A stretch of DNA of 64,000 nucleotides, taken from contig OZ024741.1 of the NCBI GenBank assembly GCA_964016885.1, positions 245,148,001 to 245,212,000 of the forward strand, written 5' to 3'. Shown here piece by piece: positions 26,001 to 40,900 of the stretch. The first letter of the stretch is position 1. Each line of letters starts with the position of its first letter. A program made the position numbers and the translations under genes. The notes under the pieces were generated by a model that made no database searches, had not been told where the DNA came from, and worked only from the letters and a program-made list of their open reading frames with translations. The DNA comes from Eledone cirrhosa. Lineage: Eukaryota.

Positions 26001-29000
26001 TTTTTAATGGGTTTTTTTAATGGCTTTTTTAAATGGATTTTTTTAATGGATTTTTTTAATGGATTTTTTTAATGGATTTTTTTAATGGTTTTTTTAATGG
26101 ATTTTTTAATGGATTTTTAATGGATTTTTAATGGATTTTTAATGGGTTTTTAATGGATTTTTTAAATGGATTTTTTTAATGGATTTTTAATGGATTTTTT
26201 TAATGGATTTTTTTTAATGGTTTCTTTTAATGGATTTTTTTTTAATGGATTTTTTTTAATGGGTTTTTTTTTAATGGATTTTTTTTAATGGATTTTTTTA
26301 ATGGATTTTTTTAATGGATTTTTAATGGATTTTTTTTAATGGATTTTTTTAATGGATTTTTTAATGGATTTTTTTATGGATTTTTTTTAATGGATTTTTT
26401 AAATGGATTTTTTTAATGGATTTTTTTAATGGTTTTTTTTAATGGATTTCTTTTTAATGGATTTTTTAAATGGATTTTTTTAATGGATTTTTTTAATGGG
26501 TTTTTTAAATGGATTTTTTAATGTATTTTTAATGGATTTTTAATGGATTTTTAATGGATTTTTTTAAATGGATTTTTTTAATGGATTTTTAATGGATTTT
26601 TTTTAATGGATTTTTTAAATGGATTTTTTTTTTTAATGGATTTTTTTTTAATGGGTTTTTTAATGGCTTTTTTAAATGGATTTTTTTAATGGATTTTTTT
26701 AATGGGTTTTTTAAATGGATTTTTTAATGGATTTTTAATGGATTTTTAATGGATTTTTAATGGGTTTTTAATGGATTTTTTTAAATGGATTTTTTAATGG
26801 ATTTTTAATGGATTTTTTTAATGGATTTTTTTTAATGGTTTTTTCTTAATGGATTTTTTTTTTAATGGATTTTTTTTAATGGGTTTTTTTTAATGGATTT
26901 TTTTAATGGATTTTTTAAATGGATTTTTTTAATGGATTTGTTTTAATGGGTTTTTTTAAATGGATTTTTTTTAATGGATTTTTCAAATGAATTTTTTTAA
27001 TGGATTTTTTTAATGGGTTTTTTAAATGGATTTTTTAATGGATTTTTAATGAATTTTTAATGGGTTTTTAATGGATTTTTTGATGGATTTTTTTTAATGG
27101 ATTTTTTTAATGGATTTTTAATGGATTTTTTTTAATGCATTTTTTTAATGGATTTTTTAATGGATTTTTTGATGGATTTTTTTAATGGATTTTTTTTAAT
27201 GGATTTTTTAAATTGATTTTTTTTAATGGATTTTTTTAATGGGTTTTTTTTAATGGATTTTTTTTTAATGGATTTTTTAAATGGATTTTTTTAATGGATT
27301 TTTTTTAATAGGTTTTTTAAATGGATTTTTTAATGGATTTTTAATGGATTTTTAATGGATTTTTAATGGGTTTTTAATGGATTTTTTTAAATGGATTTTT
27401 TTAATGGATTTTTAATATATTTTTTTAAATTGATTTTTTTAATGGGTTTTTTTTAATGGCTTTTTTTAATGGGTTTTTTTAATGGCTTTTTTAAATGGAT
27501 TTTTTAAATGGATTTTTTTAATGGATTTTTTTTAATGGGTTTTTTAAATGGATTTTTTTAATGGATTTTTAATGGATTTTTAATGGATTTTTAATGGGTT
27601 TTTAATGGATTTTTTTAATGGATTTTTTTAATGGATTTTTAATGGATTTTTTAAATTGCTTTTTTTTAATGGATTTTTTTTAATGGATTTTTTTAAATGG
27701 ATTTTTTAATGGCTTTTTTTAATGGGTTTTTTAAATGGATTTTTTACTGGATTTTTAATGGATTTTTAATGGATTTTTAATGGATTTTTCATGGATTTTT
27801 TAATGACTTTTTTTAAATGGATTTTATTAATGGATTTTTAATGGATTTTTTTTAATGGATTTTTTTTAATGGATTTTTTTTAATTGATTTTTTTTTTTTA
27901 ATGGATTTTTTTTAATGGGTTTTTTAATTGCTTTTTTAAATGGATTTTTTTAATGGATTTTTTTAATGGATTTTTTTAATGGGTTTTTTAAATGGATTTT
28001 TTAATGGATTTTTAATGGATTTTTAATGGATTTTTAATGGGTTTTTAATGGATTTTTTTTAATGGATTTTTTTAATGGATTTTTAATGTATTTTTTTAAT
28101 GGATTTTTTTTAATGGTCTCTTTTAATGGATTTTTTTTAATGGATTTTTTTTAATGGGTTTTTTTAATGGATTTTTTTTAATGGATTTTTTAAATGGGTT
28201 TTTTTAATGGCTTTTTTAAATGGATTTTTTTAATGGTTTTTTTTTAATGGGTTTTTAATTGATTTTTAATGGATTTTTAATGGGTTTTTAATGGATTTTT
28301 GAAATGGATTTTTTAATGGATTTTTTTTAATGGGTTTTTTAAATGGATTTTTTTAATGGATTTTTAATGGATTTTTTTTAATGGATTTTTTTCAATGGAT
28401 TTTTTTTAATGGATTTTTTTTTTAATGGATTTTTTTTAATGGGTTTTTTTAATGGCTTTTTTAAATGGATTTTTTTAATGGATTTTTTTAATGGATTTTT
28501 TTAATGGGTTTTTTAAATGGATTTTTTAATGGATTTTTAATGGATTTTTAATGGATTTTTAATGGATTTTTAATGGATTTTTTTAAATAGATTTTTTTAA
28601 TGGATTTTTAATGGATTTTTTTAATGGATTTTTTTAATGGGTTTTTTTAATGGATTTTTTTTAATGGGTTTTTTTTTTAATGGATTTTTTTTAATGGATT
28701 TTTTAAATGGATTTTTTTAATGGATTTTTTTTAATGGGTTTTTTTAAATGCATTTTTTTTAATGGATTTTTTAAATGAATTTTTTTAATGGATTTTTTTA
28801 ATGGGTTTTTTAAATGGATTTTTTAATGGATTTTTAATGGATTTTTAATGGATTTTTAATGGATTTTTTAATGGATTTTTTTAAATGGATTTTTTTAATG
28901 GATTTTTAATGCATTTTTTTTAATGGATTTTTTTAATGGATTTTTTTTTAATGGATTTTTTTTTAATGGATTTTTTTTTAATGAATTTTTTTTAATGGGT

Positions 29001-31867
29001 TTTTTAAATGGATTTTTTAATGGATTTTTAATGGATTTTTAATGGGTTTTTAATGGATTTTTTAATGGATTTTTTTAAATGGATTTTTTTAATGGATTTT
29101 TAATGGATTTTTTTTAATGGATTTTTTTAATGGATTTTTTAATGCATTTTTTAATGGATTTTTTTAAATGGATTTTTTTAATGGATTTTTTAAATGGATT
29201 TTTTTAATGGATTTTTTTGGTTTTTTTTTAATGGATTTTTTTTTAATGGATTTTTTAAATGGATTTTTGTAATGGATTTTTTTTAATGGGTTTTTTAAAT
29301 GGATTTTTTAATGGATTTTTAATGGATTTTTAATGGATTTTTAATGGATTTTTAATGGATTTTTAATGGGTTTTTAATGGATTTTTTTAAATGGATTTTT
29401 TTAATGGATTTTTAATGGATTTTTTTAATGGATTTTTTTAATGGGTTTTTTTTAATGGGTTTTTTTTAATGGATTTTTTTTAATGGATTTTTTAAATGGA
29501 TTTTTTTAATGGATTTTTTTTAATGGATTTTTTTTAATGGATTTTTTAAATGAATTTTTTTAATGGATTTTTTTAATGGGTTTTTTAAATGGATTTTTTA
29601 ATGGATTTTTAATGGATTTTTAATGGATTTTTAATGGATTTTTTAATGGATTTTTTTAAATGGATTTTTTTAATGGATTTTTAATGCATTTTTTTTAATG
29701 GATTTTTTTAATGGATTTTTTTTTTAATGGATTTTTTTTTAATGGATTTTTTTTTAATGAATTTTTTTTAATGGGTTGTTTAAATGGATTTTTTAATGGA
29801 TTTTTAATGGATTTTTAATGGGTTTTTAATGGATTTTTTAATGGATTTTTTTAAATGGATTTTTTTAATGGATTTTTAATGGATTTTTTTTAATGGATTT
29901 TTTTAATGGATTTTTTAATGGATTTTTTAATGGATTTTTTTTAATGGATTTTTTTAATGGATTTTTTAAATGGATTTTTTTAATGGATTTTTTTAATGGT
30001 TTTTTTTTAATGGATTTTTTTTTAATGGATTTTTTAAATGGATTTTTTTAATGGATTTTTTTTAATGGGTTTTTTAAATGGATTTTTTAATGGATTTTTA
30101 ATGGATTTTTAATGGATTTTTAATGGGTTTTTAATGGATTTTTTTAAATGGATTTTTTTAATGGATTTTTAATGGATTTTTTTAAATTGATTTTTTTTAA
30201 TGGATTTTTTTTTTAATGGATTTTTTTTTAATGGATTTTTTTTTAATGGATTTTTTTAATGGGTTTTTTAAATGGATTTTTTAATGGATTTTTAATGGAT
30301 TTATAATGGGTTTTTTTAAATTGATTTTTTTAATGGTTTTTTTTAATGGCTTTTTTTAAATGGGTTTTTTTAATGGCTTTTTTAAATGGATTTTTTTAAT
30401 GGATTTTTTAATGGATTTTTTTTAATGGGTTTTTTAAATGGATTTTTTAATGGATTTTTTTAAATGGATTTTTTTAATGGATTTTTAATGGATTTTTATA
30501 AATTGATTTTTTTTAATGGATTTTTTTTAATGGATTTTTTTTTTAATGGATTTTTTTAATGGGTTTTTTTAATGGCTTTTTTAAATGGATTTTTTTAATG
30601 GTTTTTTTTTAATAAGTTTTTTAAATGGATTTTTTAATGGATTTTTAATTGATTTTTAATGGATTTTTAATGGGTTTTTAATGGATTTTTGAAATGGATT
30701 TTTTAATGGATTTTTTTTAATGGGTTTTTTAAATGGATTTTTTTAATGGATTTTTAATGGATTTTTAATGGGTTTTTAATGGATTTTTTAAATGGATTTT
30801 TTTAATGGATTTTTAATGGATTTTTTTAATGGATTTTTTTTAATGGTTTCTTTTAATGGATTTTTTTTTAATGGATTTTTTTTAATGGGTTTTTTTTTAA
30901 TGGATTTTTTTTAATGGATTTTTTTAATGGATTTTTTTAATGGATTTTTAATGGATTTTTTTTAATGGATTTTTTTAATGGATTTTTTAATGGATTTTTT
31001 TATGGATTTTTTTTAATGGATTTTTTTTAATGGATTTTTTAAATGGATTTTTTTAATGGGTTTTTTTAATGGATTTCTTTTTAATGGATTTTTTAAATGG
31101 ATTTTTTTAATGGATTTTTTTAATGGGTTTTTTAAATGGATTTTTTAATGTATTTTTAATGGATTTTTAATGGATTTTTAATGGGTTTTTAATGGATTTT
31201 TTTTAATGGATTTTTTTAATGGATTTTTAATGGATTTTTTTAATGGATTTTTTTAATGGGTTTTTTTTAATGGATTTTTTTTTAATGGATTTTTTTAATG
31301 GGTTTTTTAAATGGATTTTTTACTGGATTTTTAATGGATTTTTAATGGGTTTTTAATGGATTTTTTTTAAATTGATTTTTTTAATGGGTTTTTTTTAATG
31401 GCTTTTTTTTAATGGGTTTTTTAAATGGATTTTTTTAATGGATTTTTTTTAATGGGTTTTTTAAATGGATTTTTTAATGGATTTTTAATGGATTTTTAAT
31501 GGATTTTTAATGGGTTTTTAATGGGTTTTTTAAATGGATTTTTTTAATGGATTTTTTATGGATTTTTTAAATTGATTTTTTTTAATGGATTTTTTTTAAT
31601 GGATTTTTTTTAATGGATTTTTTTTTTTAATGGATTTTTTTTTAATGGGTTTTTTTAATGGCTTTTTTAAATGGATTTTTTTAATGGATTTTTTTAATGG
31701 GTTTTTTAAATGGATTTTTTAATGGATTTTTAATGGATTTTTAATGGATTTTTAATGGGTTTTTAATGGATTTTTTTAATGGATTTTTTTTTTAATGGAT
31801 TTTTTAAATGGATTTTTTTAATGGATTTTTTTTAATGGGTTTTTTAAATGGATTTTTTAATGGATTT
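14026..31867 (+). repeat. Homogeneous satellite array A, monomer AATGGA(T)5-10+ with variants AATGGG, AAATGGA, AATGGC, AATTGA (~17.8 kb)
   Basis: Continuous monomers of mostly 11-16 bp; almost no C on the + strand. Confidence 0.96.
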
Positions 31868-34800
31868 CATTGAAAACACATTCAAAACCCATTAACCCCA
31901 TATTAAAAGTTCATAAAACTCTATTAAAAACCCAATAACAAACCAATTAAAACGCCATTAAAACGCCACAAAACACAATAAAATGTCATAAAAACGCCAT
32001 TAAAACATCACAAAAAGCCCAATTAAAAAACCATTAATAATGTCATTAAAAATTCCATAAAAATCCATTAAAAACTCCACTAAAAGCCCATTAAAAAGTT
32101 CATTAAAAGCCATATTATAAATTTCATAAAAAACAATTGAAAACCCCATTATTTATGAGCCTTTTTTTATGAGTTTTTAATAGTGTTTTAATTCAGTTTT
32201 TAATTGCGTTTAAAATTGGGTTTTAATGGCTTTTTAATGGTGTTTTAATGGGATTTTCGATGGTGTTTAATGGGTTTTTTATGGAGTTTTTAATTGGGTT
32301 TTCAATGGTGTTGTTTATGAGTTTTTAAATGGGTTTTTAATGGAATTTTTGATTGCGTTTTTAATGAAATTTTTAATAGATTCAAGGATGTTTTAATGGA
32401 GTTTTTAATGGCGTTTTAATTGTGTTTTTATGGTGTTTAAATGCGTTTTAATGATTTTTAATTGGGTTTTTAATGGAGTATTTTTAATGAGCTCTTAATG
32501 GATTTTTCAATTGGATACTTAATGGGTTTTAATGGAATTTATAATAAGGGTTCTAATTGACTTTAAATATGATTTTTAATGGAGTTTTTAATGAAATTTC
32601 TAATGGTGTTTTTAATTGCGTTTCCCCCCGTGAGGGTTTTAATGGCATTTTAAATGACATTTTAATGAGTTTTTATGATGTTTTAATGGCGTTGTAATTG
32701 TTTTTTATTGGGTTTTTAATATAATTTTGTATGAGCTTTTAATGGGGGTTTTCAATGTTGTTTTTAATGGAGTGTTTAATGGAATTTTAATGGGGGTTTG
32801 ATAAAAAAAATTAATTGCTTTTTAATTTAATTTTTAATGCGTTTTTGATGGTGTTTAAGTGCGTTCATGATGATCTTTTTAATGGATTTTTAATGGGGTT
32901 TTAATTGAATTTTTAATGGTGTTTTCAATGTAATTTTTAATGATAGTTTAATGGTGTTTTAATGACGTTTTAATTGTGTTTTTTATGGTGTTTTAGTGAC
33001 GTTTAAATAGGATTTTTAATTGGTTTTTTAATTGAGTATTTATATGAGTTTTCACTGGTGTTTTTAATGGGTTTTTCAATATTGCATTTAATGAAATTTT
33101 TAATATGGTTTCAAATGGAATTTTTAATGTGTTTTTAATTGGGTTTCTAGTGACGTTTTTAATGGTACTTTAAATGACGTTTTAATGACTTTTATGGCGT
33201 TTTAATGGGTTTTTTAATTGGGTTTTTAATGTAGTTTTTTAAAAGATCTTTACTTGGGATTTTATGGGTTTTCAATGCGGTTTTTAATGGTATATTAATG
33301 GAGTTTTTGGTGTGGTTGTTAATGGTATTAGTGACATTTTAATGTGTTTTTAATGGTGTTTTAAGCGAGTTTCTGATTTAGTTTAAATTTAAATATTTGA
33401 TGGTCCTTCTAATGGGCTTTAATGGATGTGTAATGTGTTTAATGCAATTTTAATGGGGTTTAATGGGGGTAGTAGGTTTCAATGGGTTTTAATGGAGTTT
33501 TAATGGCTAGTGCTCTTTTTTAAAGAGTTTTTAATGGTGTTTTTAATGGTTTTTCATTGAGCTTTTAATTGCGTTTTTAATCTAGTTTAAAAATTGAGTT
33601 TTAATGGGTTTTTCAATTAGGTTTTTAATGGATTTATAATGGTGTTTTTTACGGACCCTTTAATTTTTTATAATGGGTTTTCAATGCCGTTTTAATGGTG
33701 TTTTTTAATGGTATCCTTAATGACGCTTCGATAAGTTTCAATGTTATTTTAATGGGGTTTTGATTGATTTTTTAATGGAGTTTTTTTAATGAACTTTTAT
33801 TGGGGTTTTCAATCAGGTTTTTAACTGAATTTTTAATGTTTTTCAATTAGATTTTTTATGGAGTTTTTATGGGCTTTTTAATGAGTTTTTAATGGTGTGC
33901 TAATTGAGTTTTCAATTACCTTTTTAATTGAGTATAAAATCGAGTTTTTACTAAGTTTTTAATGAATTTTTAATGGAATTTTAATGGGGCTTAATGGGGG
34001 TTTAATGGGGGATTTAATTGAGTTTTTAATGGAGTTTAATAGAGTTTATAATGGAGGTTTTAATGGAGTTTTTAATGAAGTTTTAATGTAGTTTTTAATG
34101 AGGTTTTTAATGACGATTTTAATGGCGTTCTTAATGGCGTTTTAATGGTATTTTATGGCATTTTAATGACGGTTGTAATGGTTTTTAATGGAGTGTTAAT
34201 TGGTTATTGATTGTATTTTAATGGGTTTTATGAGCTTTTTAATGGGCTTTTTAGTGGTGTTTTTAATGGAGTTTTTAATGGGTCTTTTAATGGAATTTGC
34301 AATGTAGTTTTTAATGGTGTTTTTAATTGTATTTTTAATGACGTTTTAATGGTGTTTTTTATGGCGTTTTAATAGGATTTTTAATTGGTTTTTTAAAGGA
34401 CTATTATTATGGGTTTTTATGTAATTTTATAATGGGATTTTCAGTAGGGTTTTTAATTGGATTTTTAATGGAGTTTATAATGTTTTTTAATTGGATTTTT
34501 AAAGAATTTATAATTGCGGTTTTAATATAGTGTTTAATGGAGTATTTAATTGGTTTTTAATGGTAATTTTAATGGAGTGTTTAATGTGTTTTTAATGGGG
34601 GAGGAGGGGGGTAAAATGCAGTTTTTAATTGAGTTATCAATGGAGTTTTTAATGACATTTTTAATGACGTTTTAATAGCGTTTTATGACGTTTTAATGAC
34701 GTTTTAATGGTTTTTTTATTGGGTTTTGGGAGTTTTTATGAGCTTCTAATTAGGTTTTAAATGGGGTTTTCAATGAGGTTTTTAGTGGAATTTTTAATGG

Positions 34801-34936
34801 GCCTTTAATGTATTTTTAATGGGATTTTAATGTTATTTATGGCGTTTTTAATGGTATTTTAAATGCTTTTTTAATGTTTTTTTTATGGCCTGTTAATTGG
34901 GTTATTGATTCAGTTTTTAATGGATTTTTTTTAACG
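31868..34936. repeat. 3069-bp degenerate-satellite cassette, copy 4
   Basis: Same start junction (ggatttcattgaaaac), same end, same length and same deletion as copy 3; offset 20911. Confidence 0.93.
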
Positions 34937-37900
34937 GATTTTTTTTTAATGGATTTTTTTTAATGGATTTTTTTTAATGGGTTTTTTTTAATGGCTTTTT
35001 TTTAATGGGTTTTTTTAATGGCTTTTTTAAATGGATTTTTTAAATGGATTTTTTAATGGATTTTTTTTAATGGGTTTTTTAAATGGATTTTTTTAATGGA
35101 TTTTTAATGGATTTTTAATGGATTTTTAATGGGTTTTTAATGGATTTTTTAAATGGATTCTTTTAATGGATTTTTAATGGATTTTTTAAATTGATTTTTT
35201 TTAATGGGTTTTTTTAAATGGATTTTTTTTAATGGATTTTTTAAATGGATTTTTTTAATGGATTTTTTTTAATGGGTTTTTTAAATGGATTTTTTAATGG
35301 ATTTTTAATGGATTTTTAATGGATTTTTAATGGGTTTTTAATGGATTTTTTTAAATGGATTTTTTTAATGGATTTTTAATGGATTTTTTAAATTGATTTT
35401 TTTTAATGGATTTTTTTTTTAATGGATTTTTTTTTAATGGATTTTTTTAATGGGTTTTTTAAATGGATTTTTTAATGGATTTTTAATGGATTTTTAATGG
35501 TTTTTTTTAAATTGATTTTTTTAATGGGTTTTTTTTAATGGCTTTTTTTTAATGGGTTTTTTTAATGGCTTTTTTAAATGGATTTTTTTAATGGATTTTT
35601 TAATGGATTTTTTTTTAATGGGTTTTTTAAATGGATTTTTTAATGGATTTTTTTAAATGGATTTTTTTAATGGATTTTTAATGGATTTTTTTAAATTGAT
35701 TTTTTTTAATGGATTTTTTTTAATGGATTTTTTTTTTAATGGATTTTTTTAATGGGTTTTTTTAATGGCTTTTTTAAATGGATTTTTTTAATGGTTTTTT
35801 TTTAATGGGTTTTTTAAATGGATTTTTTAATGGATTTTTAATTGATTTTTAATGGATTTTTAATGGGTTTTTAATGGATTTTTGAAATGGATTTTTTAAT
35901 GGATTTTTTTTAATGGGTTTTTTAAATGGATTTTTTTAATGGATTTTTAATGGATTTTTAATGGATTTTTAATGGGTTTTTAATGGATTTTTTAAATGGA
36001 TTTTTTTAATGGATTTTTAATGGATTTTTTTTAATGGGTTTTTTTAAATGGATTTTTTTTAATGGATTTTTTAAATGGATTTTTTAATGGCTTTTTTTAC
36101 TGGGTTTTTTAAATGGATTTTTTAATGGATTTTTAATGGATTTTTAATGCATTTTTAATGGATTTTTAATGGATTTTTTAATGACTTTTTTTAAATGGAT
36201 TTTTAATGGATTTTTTTCTATGGATTTTTTTTAATGGATTTTTTTTAATGGATTTTTTTTTTTTTAATGGATTTTTTTTAATGGGTTTTTTTAATGGCTT
36301 TTTTAAATGGATTTTTTTAATGGATTTTTTTAATGGTTTTTTTAATGGATTTTTTAATGGATTTTTAATGGATTTTTAATGGATTTTTAATGGGTTTTTA
36401 ATGGATTTTTTAAATGGATTTTTTTAATGGATTTTTAATGGATTTTTTTAATGGATTTTTTTTAATGGTTTCTTTTAATGGATTTTTTTTTAATGGATTT
36501 TTTTTAATGGGTTTTTTTTTAATGGATTTTTTTTAATGGATTTTTTTAATGGATTTTTTTAATGGATTTTTAATGGATTTTTTTTAATGGATTTTTTTAA
36601 TGGATTTTTTTAATGGATTTTTTAATGGATTTTTTTATGGATTTTTTTTAATGGATTTTTTAAATGGATTTTTTTAATGGATTTTTTTAATGGTTTTTTT
36701 TAATGGATTTCTTTTTAATGGATTTTTTAAATGGATTTTTTTAATGGATTTTTTTAATGGGTTTTTTAAATGGATTTTTTAATGTATTTTTAATGGATTT
36801 TTAATGGATTTTTAATGGATTTTTTTAAATGGATTTTTTTAATGGATTTTTAATGGATTTTTTTAAATGGATTTTTTAAATGGATTTTTTTTTTTAATGG
36901 ATTTTTTTTTAATGGGTTTTTTAATGGCTTTTTTAAATGGATTTTTTTAATGGATTTTTTTAATGGGTTTTTTTAATGGATTTTTTAATGGATTTTTAAT
37001 GGATTTTTAATGGATTTTTAATGGGTTTTTAATGGATTTTTTTAAATGGATTTTTTTAATGGATTTTTAATGGATTTTTTTAATGGATTTTTTTTAATGG
37101 TTTTTTCTTAATGGATTTTTTTTTTAATGGATTTTTTTTTATGGATTTTTTTTAATGGATTTTTTTAATGGATTTTTTAAATGGATTTTTTTAATGGATT
37201 TGTTTTAATGGGTTTTTTTAAATGGATTTTTTTTAATGGATTTTTCAAATGAATTTTTTTAATGGATTTTTTTAATGGGTTTTTTAAATGGATTTTTTAA
37301 TGGATTTTTAATGAATTTTTAATGGGTTTTTAATGGATTTTTTGATGGATTTTTTTTAATGGATTTTTTTAATGGATTTTTAATGGATTTTTTTTAATGG
37401 ATTTTTTTAATGGATTTTTTAATGGATTTTTTGATGGATTTTTTTAATGGATTTTTTTTAATGGATTTTTTTTAATGGATTTTTTTTTAATGAATTTTTT
37501 TTAATGGGTTTTTTAAATGGATTTTTTAATGGATTTTTAATGGATTTTTAATGGGTTTTTAATGGATTTTTTTAAATGGATTTTTTTAATGGATTTTTTA
37601 ATGGATTTTTTTAAATGGATTTTTTTAATGGATTTTTAATGGATTTTTTTAAATTGATTTTTTTTAATGGATTTTTTTTAATGGATTTTTTTTTTAATGG
37701 ATTTTTTTAATGGGTTTTTTAAATGGATTTTTTAATGGATTTTTAATGGATTTTTAATGGATTTTTAATGGGTTTTTAATGGATTTTTTAAATGGATTTT
37801 TTTAATGGATTTTTTTTAATGGGTTTTTTAAATGGATTTTTTTAATGGATTTTTAATGGATTTTTAATGGATTTTTAATGGGTTTTTAATGGATTTTTTA

Positions 37901-40900
37901 AATGGATTTTTTTAATGGATTTTTAATGGATTTTTTAAATTGATTTTTTTTAATGGGTTTTTTTAAATGGATTTTTTTTAATGGATTTTTTAAATGGATT
38001 TTTTAATGGCTTTTTTAAATGGGTTTTTTAAATGGATTTTTTAATGGATTTTTAATGGATTTTTAATGGATTTTTAATGGATTTTTAATGGATTTTTTAA
38101 TGACTTTTTTAATGGATTTTTAATGGATTTTTTTAATGGGTTTTTTTAAATGGATTTTTTTTAATGGATTTTTTAAATGGATTTTTTAATGGCTTTTTTT
38201 ACTGGGTTTTTTAAATGGATTTTTTAATGGATTTTTAATGGATTTTTAATGCATTTTTAATGGATTTTTAATGGATTTTTTAATGACTTTTTTTAAATGG
38301 ATTTTTTTAATGGATTTTTAATGGATTTTTTTCTATGGATTTTTTTTAATGGATTTTTTTTAATGGATTTTTTTTTTTTTAATGGATTTTTTTTTAATGG
38401 GTTTTTTAATGGCTTTTTTAAATGGATTTTTTTAATGGATTTTTTTAATGGATTTTTTTAATGGATTTTTTTAATGGTTTTTTTAATGGATTTTTTAATG
38501 GATTTTTAATGGATTTTTAATGGATTTTTAATGGGTTTTTAATGGATTTTTTAAATGGATTTTTTTAATGGATTTTTAATGGATTTTTTTAATGGATTTT
38601 TTTTAATGGTTTCTTTTAATGGATTTTTTTTTAATGGATTTTTTTTAATGGGTTTTTTTTTAATGGATTTTTTTTAATGGATTTTTTTAATGGATTTTTT
38701 TAATGGATTTTTAATGGATTTTTTTTAATGGATTTTTTTAATGGATTTTTTAATGGATTTTTTTATGGATTTTTTTTAATGGATTTTTTAAATGGATTTT
38801 TTTAATGGATTTTTTTAATGGTTTTTTTTAATGGATTTCTTTTTAATGGATTTTTTAAATGGATTTTTTTAATGGATTTTTTTAATGGGTTTTTTAAATG
38901 GATTTTTTAATGTATTTTTAATGGATTTTTAATGGATTTTTAATGGATTTTTTTAAATGGATTTTTTTAATGGATTTTTAATGGATTTTTTTTAATGGAT
39001 TTTTTAAATGGATTTTTTTTTTTAATGGATTTTTTTTTAATGGGTTTTTTAATGGCTTTTTTAAATGGATTTTTTTAATGGATTTTTTTAATGGGTTTTT
39101 TAAATGGATTTTTTAATGGATTTTTAATGGATTTTTAATGGATTTTTAATGGGTTTTTAATGGATTTTTTTAAATGGATTTTTTAATGGATTTTTAATGG
39201 ATTTTTTTAATGGATTTTTTTTAATGGTTTTTTCTTAATGGATTTTTTTTTTAATGGATTTTTTTTAATGGGTTTTTTTTAATGGATTTTTTTAATGGAT
39301 TTTTTAAATGGATTTTTTTAATGGATTTGTTTTAATGGGTTTTTTTAAATGGATTTTTTTTAATGGATTTTTCAAATGAATTTTTTTAATGGATTTTTTT
39401 AATGGGTTTTTTAAATGGATTTTTTAATGGATTTTTAATGAATTTTTAATGGGTTTTTAATGGATTTTTTGATGGATTTTTTTTAATGGATTTTTTTAAT
39501 GGATTTTTAATGGATTTTTTTTAATGCATTTTTTTAATGGATTTTTTAATGGATTTTTTGATGGATTTTTTTAATGGATTTTTTTTAATGGATTTTTTAA
39601 ATTGATTTTTTTTAATGGATTTTTTTAATGGGTTTTTTTTAATGGATTTTTTTTTAATGGATTTTTTAAATGGATTTTTTTAATGGATTTTTTTTAATAG
39701 GTTTTTTAAATGGATTTTTTAATGGATTTTTAATGGATTTTTAATGGATTTTTAATGGGTTTTTAATGGATTTTTTTAAATGGATTTTTTTAATGGATTT
39801 TTAATATATTTTTTTAAATTGATTTTTTTAATGGGTTTTTTTTAATGGCTTTTTTTAATGGGTTTTTTTAATGGCTTTTTTAAATGGATTTTTTAAATGG
39901 ATTTTTTTAATGGATTTTTTTTAATGGGTTTTTTAAATGGATTTTTTTAATGGATTTTTAATGGATTTTTAATGGATTTTTAATGGGTTTTTAATGGATT
40001 TTTTAAATGGATTTTTTTAATGGATTTTTAATGGATTTTTTAAATTGCTTTTTTTTAATGGATTTTTTTTAATGGATTTTTTTAAATGGATTTTTTAATG
40101 GCTTTTTTTAATGGGTTTTTTAAATGGATTTTTTACTGGATTTTTAATGGATTTTTAATGGATTTTTAATGGATTTTTCATGGATTTTTTAATGACTTTT
40201 TTTAAATGGATTTTATTAATGGATTTTTAATGGATTTTTTTTAATGGATTTTTTTTAATGGATTTTTTTTAATTGATTTTTTTTTTTTAATGGATTTTTT
40301 TTAATGGGTTTTTTAATTGCTTTTTTAAATGGATTTTTTTAATGGATTTTTTTAATGGATTTTTTTAATGGGTTTTTTAAATGGATTTTTTAATGGATTT
40401 TTAATGGATTTTTAATGGATTTTTAATGGGTTTTTAATGGATTTTTTTTTAATGGCTTTTTTAAATGGATTTTTTTAATGGATTTTTTTAATGGTTTTTT
40501 TAATGGATTTTTTAATGGATTTTTAATGGATTTTTAATGGATTTTTAATGGGTTTTTAATGGATTTTTTAAATGGATTTTTTTAATGGATTTTTAATGGA
40601 TTTTTTTAATGGATTTTTTTTAATGGTTTCTTTTAATGGATTTTTTTTTAATGGATTTTTTTTAATGGGTTTTTTTTTAATGGATTTTTTTTAATGGATT
40701 TTTTTAATGGATTTTTTTAATGGATTTTTAATGGATTTTTTTTAATGGATTTTTTTAATGGATTTTTTTAATGGATTTTTTAATGGATTTTTTTATGGAT
40801 TTTTTTTAATGGATTTTTTAAATGGATTTTTTTAATGGATTTTTTTAATGGTTTTTTTTAATGGATTTCTTTTTAATGGATTTTTTAAATGGATTTTTAA

